From Nemertoderma westbladi (taxonomy: Eukaryota; Animalia; Xenacoelomorpha), in NCBI GenBank assembly GCA_032718475.1, contig JAUCBJ010001819.1, positions 1 to 37,568 on the forward strand: DNA of 37,568 nt, given 5' to 3'. This document shows, one piece after another, positions 34,038 through 37,568 of the stretch. The notes beneath the pieces are model-generated. The model was given only the letters and a program-made list of their open reading frames with translations, was not told the origin of the DNA and made no database searches. Both the position numbers and the translations under genes were made by a program. The stretch's first letter is position 1. Each line of letters starts with the position of its first letter.

Positions 34038-37000
34038 GGCATTATTGCAGGTGGGAAGATTGATACGAACTCTAATTGTAGTAATTCATGTGCTCTCTGT
34101 TTTTCAGGATTCAAAAATAACGATAATACCATTTTATGCGCGGTGTGTAGAAACAGTTATCACCAGCAGTGTGGAACTTGCCTGACATATGGAGAAACCG
34201 CAGAGCTTGAACAGTCTCAGTTTTTTACGAGTCACTACTGCATTTTTTGTTTACAAGGGATTTTTCCTTTTAGCGATATTCCGTCTAACGACTATGATAT
34301 TTTTGGAATTTCCGACGATTTATACTTGCTCAACGAAAATGCTGATAATCCTAGTTTTGCTACTATTGATCCGGATAATAACATTCAAAATTTAGCGCGA
34401 AATAGCGAATACTATAATGATACTAAATTTAACAGTGAAATCGAGCGTATAGGTTCTCATCATAACTCTTTTTCTGTATATCACCTAAATTGTAGAAGCC
34501 TAAACAATAATCTTTCTTACACTGCTGAATTTTTAAGTACATTAGACGAAGATTTTGATGTTATCACTTTTACTGAAACATTAGTAGGTGCTAAAGACAA
34601 TCACTGTAAATTAAAACTTGACAACTATGTAGGACCGCTACTATCAGACAGACCAGAGGGACGTTCCTCAGGTTCCGGTTGGGGTGTGGGAATTTACATT
34701 AAGGATACGCTAACCTTTACGGAACGAGACGACTTGACTGTGTCGGGAATTCATAATAAATGGATCCAAATTAAAAAATCCAACAATAAGTCCTTAGTGT
34801 TAGGTGTAATATACAGACCACCGTCTGTCAATTACAATAATTTTATTAATATTCTAGAACCCGCATTGGCGAAAGTATCTGATAAAAATATAGATATCGT
34901 CCTCACTGGTGACTTCAATGTTAACTTAAACAAAATGACATCAGAAAGTGCACGATACTTACAGATACTTTCATCATACGGATTTTCCCAATTAATAAAA
35001 CAACCCACTCGAATTGCACACGGTGCTAATTCAACGCTTGACCATATTATTACTAATATTACGAATGATTTTACTACTGCCGGCGTTTTTTTATCAGAAA
35101 TTGGCACAACAGACCACCTTGGAACATTTGCGTTATTTCATAATTATTCTGCTTTTTTCAAACAACCCAATACTAAAATGTGCTATGATTATAGCAAATT
35201 TAACTTAAATAGTTTTTTGCTCGACCTTTCATTACCACCTCTCGCAGCTTACCGATCCCATAATATACCGACAGATAAAAAATTCGACACTTTTTACAAT
35301 TCTTTTGATCAATTATGCCAAAAACACTTACCTAAAAAAATAATTACAAAAAGAAAAATTGCACGCAAACCATGGCTAACTCCTTTGCTAATTAAATCAA
35401 TTTCTAAAAAAAATAAATTATATGAAAAATATATTAAATCACCGTGTTCTGAAACCCAAAAAGCCTATAAAACATATCGTAATAATTTAACGACTGTAAT
35501 CAGAGCCGCTGAAAAATCATTCTATAATCAAGAATTTTTAAAAAACAAAGGAAATATGCGCAAGACGTGGTCTGTAATTAACTCTGTATTACACAAAAAT
35601 AAGAAATCCCTAAGCCCTACCAAAATTGCTTTCAGAACAGAAGTAGGGGCAAAAATAACGTCTGATCCCCATAAAATAGCATCTATTTTCAACGAACATT
35701 TTTCAACTATTGGACCAAAACTTGCCAGTACAATACCCCGATCTAACCGATGCCCTACCCGCCACATTAACCATCGACACTCGAATTCATTTACTCTTAT
35801 TGAAACTTCTGTAGCTGAAATTCACTACCTACTTTTACAAATAAATGAAAACAGCGCTACTAATGACAACTTTCCCAGTAAATTATTAAAAATTGCTGCT
35901 GAACACATTGCACCTCATCTAGCATATTTATTTAACCTATGTATCACAACAGGTCATTATCCAGTTTCTCTTAAACAATCTAAAATAATCCCATGTTTTA
36001 AGGGGGGTGATCCACTAGATTCTAATAACTATAGGCCAATATCATTATTGCCAGTTTTTACAAAAATTCTAGAACAGGTTATATACTCACAGCTTCAATC
36101 TTATTTAGATCGTTTCTGTATTTTGACTGCATCACAATTCGGTTTTCGAAAGAGGATTTCTACGGCTTCGGCTATTCTAACGGTTACAGAAAAAATTAGA
36201 TTTCACCTTGACTCAAAAGAATCTATCTGCGCAATTTATCTAGATTTAAAAAAAGCGTTTGATACGCTGAACCACTCTACCTTATTTAAAAAATTAGAAT
36301 CTTACGGAATTCGAGGCACCCCCCAGACTTTACTTAGGAGTTTTCTAACAGACCGTACACAATCAGTATCCTTAAATGGCGTAATCTCACCCACTCTTCC
36401 GGTAACCTGCGGAACGCCCCAGGGTTCAGTCCTTTCACCATTGCTGTTTCTTTTATATGTGAACGACTTACCGGACGCATCCAAATTTTTGACAACTTTA
36501 TTTGCCGACGATACGACGTTACTGGGCTTCAATTCAGACTTAAATTTATTGATTAACAACACAAACACTGAACTGGAAAAAATTTCGGACTGGCTTATAG
36601 ACAACTCATTATCACTTAATCTTAGTAAAACAGAATACTCTATTTTTAGTAACAAAAACTGTCTTGGACTACCGAAAGTTAAAATTAAAGCCAATGAAAT
36701 TACTAAGGTAAATAGCACTAAGTACTTAGGTATCTTTATCGATGACAATTTGAGCTGGAAAACGCATATAAATTACATCCTTAAAAAAATATCTAGATCC
36801 TCCGGACTTTTTTATAAATTAAGACACTTTTTCCCAAGCCAAATTTTACGTACGCTGTATTATACATTAATTAATCCTTACATCACTTATGGAATTCTTG
36901 CTTGGGGTACTGCCTGCAAATCAATAACACGTCCACTAAGAATTAAAGTTAATAAAATCTTGCGTTGCATAACATTTAGTGACTACCGGGCTCACTCTGT

Positions 37001-37331
37001 GCCACTTTACAAATCACTAAATGTTTTGCCAATCGAATCTATATTTGAATTACAATTAGGCCAGTTAATGTACGATATATCAAAATCTTCTAATAATCAC
37101 CCTCTTTCAAATTTTTTTACTAAATTGTCTGATATTCATTTATATAACACCCGTTCATCTACTTTAGGCAAATTCGTAGTACCGTTAACCCGTCTCAATG
37201 TAGCACACCAAGGATTATCAGTCACTGGGCCAGTATTGTGGAACAGTCTCCCCTCTAGTCTAATTATTAGCAAATCTAAATTTTCATTTAAACGTCAATT
37301 TAAAACATACCTATTTGAACACATGACGTAA
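34038..37331 (+). CDS. LINE ORF2 (PHD finger, endonuclease, reverse transcriptase); start codon unclear
   Basis: Frame open from 34038; CALC...CAVC...HQQC...CIFC, HLNCRSL, YRPP, GDFN, LDHII, NYRPISLL, QFGFR, DLKKAFD, PQGSVLSP, FADDT, LWNSLP. Confidence 0.93.
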   Translation, partial: GIIAGGKIDTNSNCSNSCALCFSGFKNNDNTILCAVCRNSYHQQCGTCLTYGETAELEQSQFFTSHYCIFCLQGIFPFSDIPSNDYDIFGISDDLYLLNENADNPSFATIDPDNNIQNLARNSEYYNDTKFNSEIERIGSHHNSFSVYHLNCRSLNNNLSYTAEFLSTLDEDFDVITFTETLVGAKDNHCKLKLDNYVGPLLSDRPEGRSSGSGWGVGIYIKDTLTFTERDDLTVSGIHNKWIQIKKSNNKSLVLGVIYRPPSVNYNNFINILEPALAKVSDKNIDIVLTGDFNVNLNKMTSESARYLQILSSYGFSQLIKQPTRIAHGANSTLDHIITNITNDFTTAGVFLSEIGTTDHLGTFALFHNYSAFFKQPNTKMCYDYSKFNLNSFLLDLSLPPLAAYRSHNIPTDKKFDTFYNSFDQLCQKHLPKKIITKRKIARKPWLTPLLIKSISKKNKLYEKYIKSPCSETQKAYKTYRNNLTTVIRAAEKSFYNQEFLKNKGNMRKTWSVINSVLHKNKKSLSPTKIAFRTEVGAKITSDPHKIASIFNEHFSTIGPKLASTIPRSNRCPTRHINHRHSNSFTLIETSVAEIHYLLLQINENSATNDNFPSKLLKIAAEHIAPHLAYLFNLCITTGHYPVSLKQSKIIPCFKGGDPLDSNNYRPISLLPVFTKILEQVIYSQLQSYLDRFCILTASQFGFRKRISTASAILTVTEKIRFHLDSKESICAIYLDLKKAFDTLNHSTLFKKLESYGIRGTPQTLLRSFLTDRTQSVSLNGVISPTLPVTCGTPQGSVLSPLLFLLYVNDLPDASKFLTTLFADDTTLLGFNSDLNLLINNTNTELEKISDWLIDNSLSLNLSKTEYSIFSNKNCLGLPKVKIKANEITKVNSTKYLGIFIDDNLSWKTHINYILKKISRSSGLFYKLRHFFPSQILRTLYYTLINPYITYGILAWGTACKSITRPLRIKVNKILRCITFSDYRAHSVPLYKSLNVLPIESIFELQLGQLMYDISKSSNNHPLSNFFTKLSDIHLYNTRSSTLGKFVVPLTRLNVAHQGLSVTGPVLWNSLPSSLIISKSKFSFKRQFKTYLFEHMT

Positions 37332-37568
37332 CGTCATAATAATACATTACACAATATCTCCCTATATGTCTGGCTCTATCTTATTATATTTCCTTCTCAC
37401 ATACACTGCGACTGGACTGTTTCTTCACTACAGTGTATTGTAAAATGGTTAATTAAATTATTATATTTCCTTGTGATCCTGATCAACAATTATTAAAGGT
37501 TTATAACAGTTCTTATTTTATCTTTTTTCAAATATATAATACTTAGTTACATATACAGTACATTTACC

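Larger units (their letters stand above)
32760..37568 (+). mobile_element. Apparently intact two-ORF LINE (L2/Crack/CR1 group); 5' boundary approximate, 3' UTR runs off the window
   Basis: Uninterrupted ORF1 and ORF2 in tandem. Confidence 0.92.

Noticed and set aside
34832-36748. Antisense ORFs inside the LINE ORF2 (similar ones occur in other RT and gag regions)
   Set aside because: Shadow frames of the real coding strand.

Overview
This is eukaryotic (probably invertebrate animal) genomic DNA made almost entirely of transposable elements and tandem repeats; I found no rRNA, tRNA or CRISPR. From left to right it holds: an RTE-type LINE fragment; a near full-length, frameshifted two-ORF LINE on the minus strand; a very young non-autonomous LTR element (520-bp LTRs, GAGAT target duplication, BEL/Pao-like zinc knuckles, no RT or integrase); a four-level nest (related LTR > second copy of the non-autonomous family > Mag-type Gypsy > MULE-like element); further LINE fragments; a 62-bp perfect palindrome; a 5.2-kb satellite with a 56-bp unit; and an apparently intact PHD-EN-RT LINE (L2/Crack-like). 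Two small phase-compatible candidate exons (673-749, 25914-26014) suggest the TEs sit in a host intron. The main finding is that the non-autonomous LTR family has no tRNA primer-binding site. In each of two diverged members, the 9 nt after the 5' LTR are instead the reverse complement of a 9-mer at the same position inside that member's own LTR, and the 9-mers differ between members. This points to tRNA-independent self-priming in a BEL/Pao-like lineage. All calls were made by eye without database searches, so clade names are tentative.
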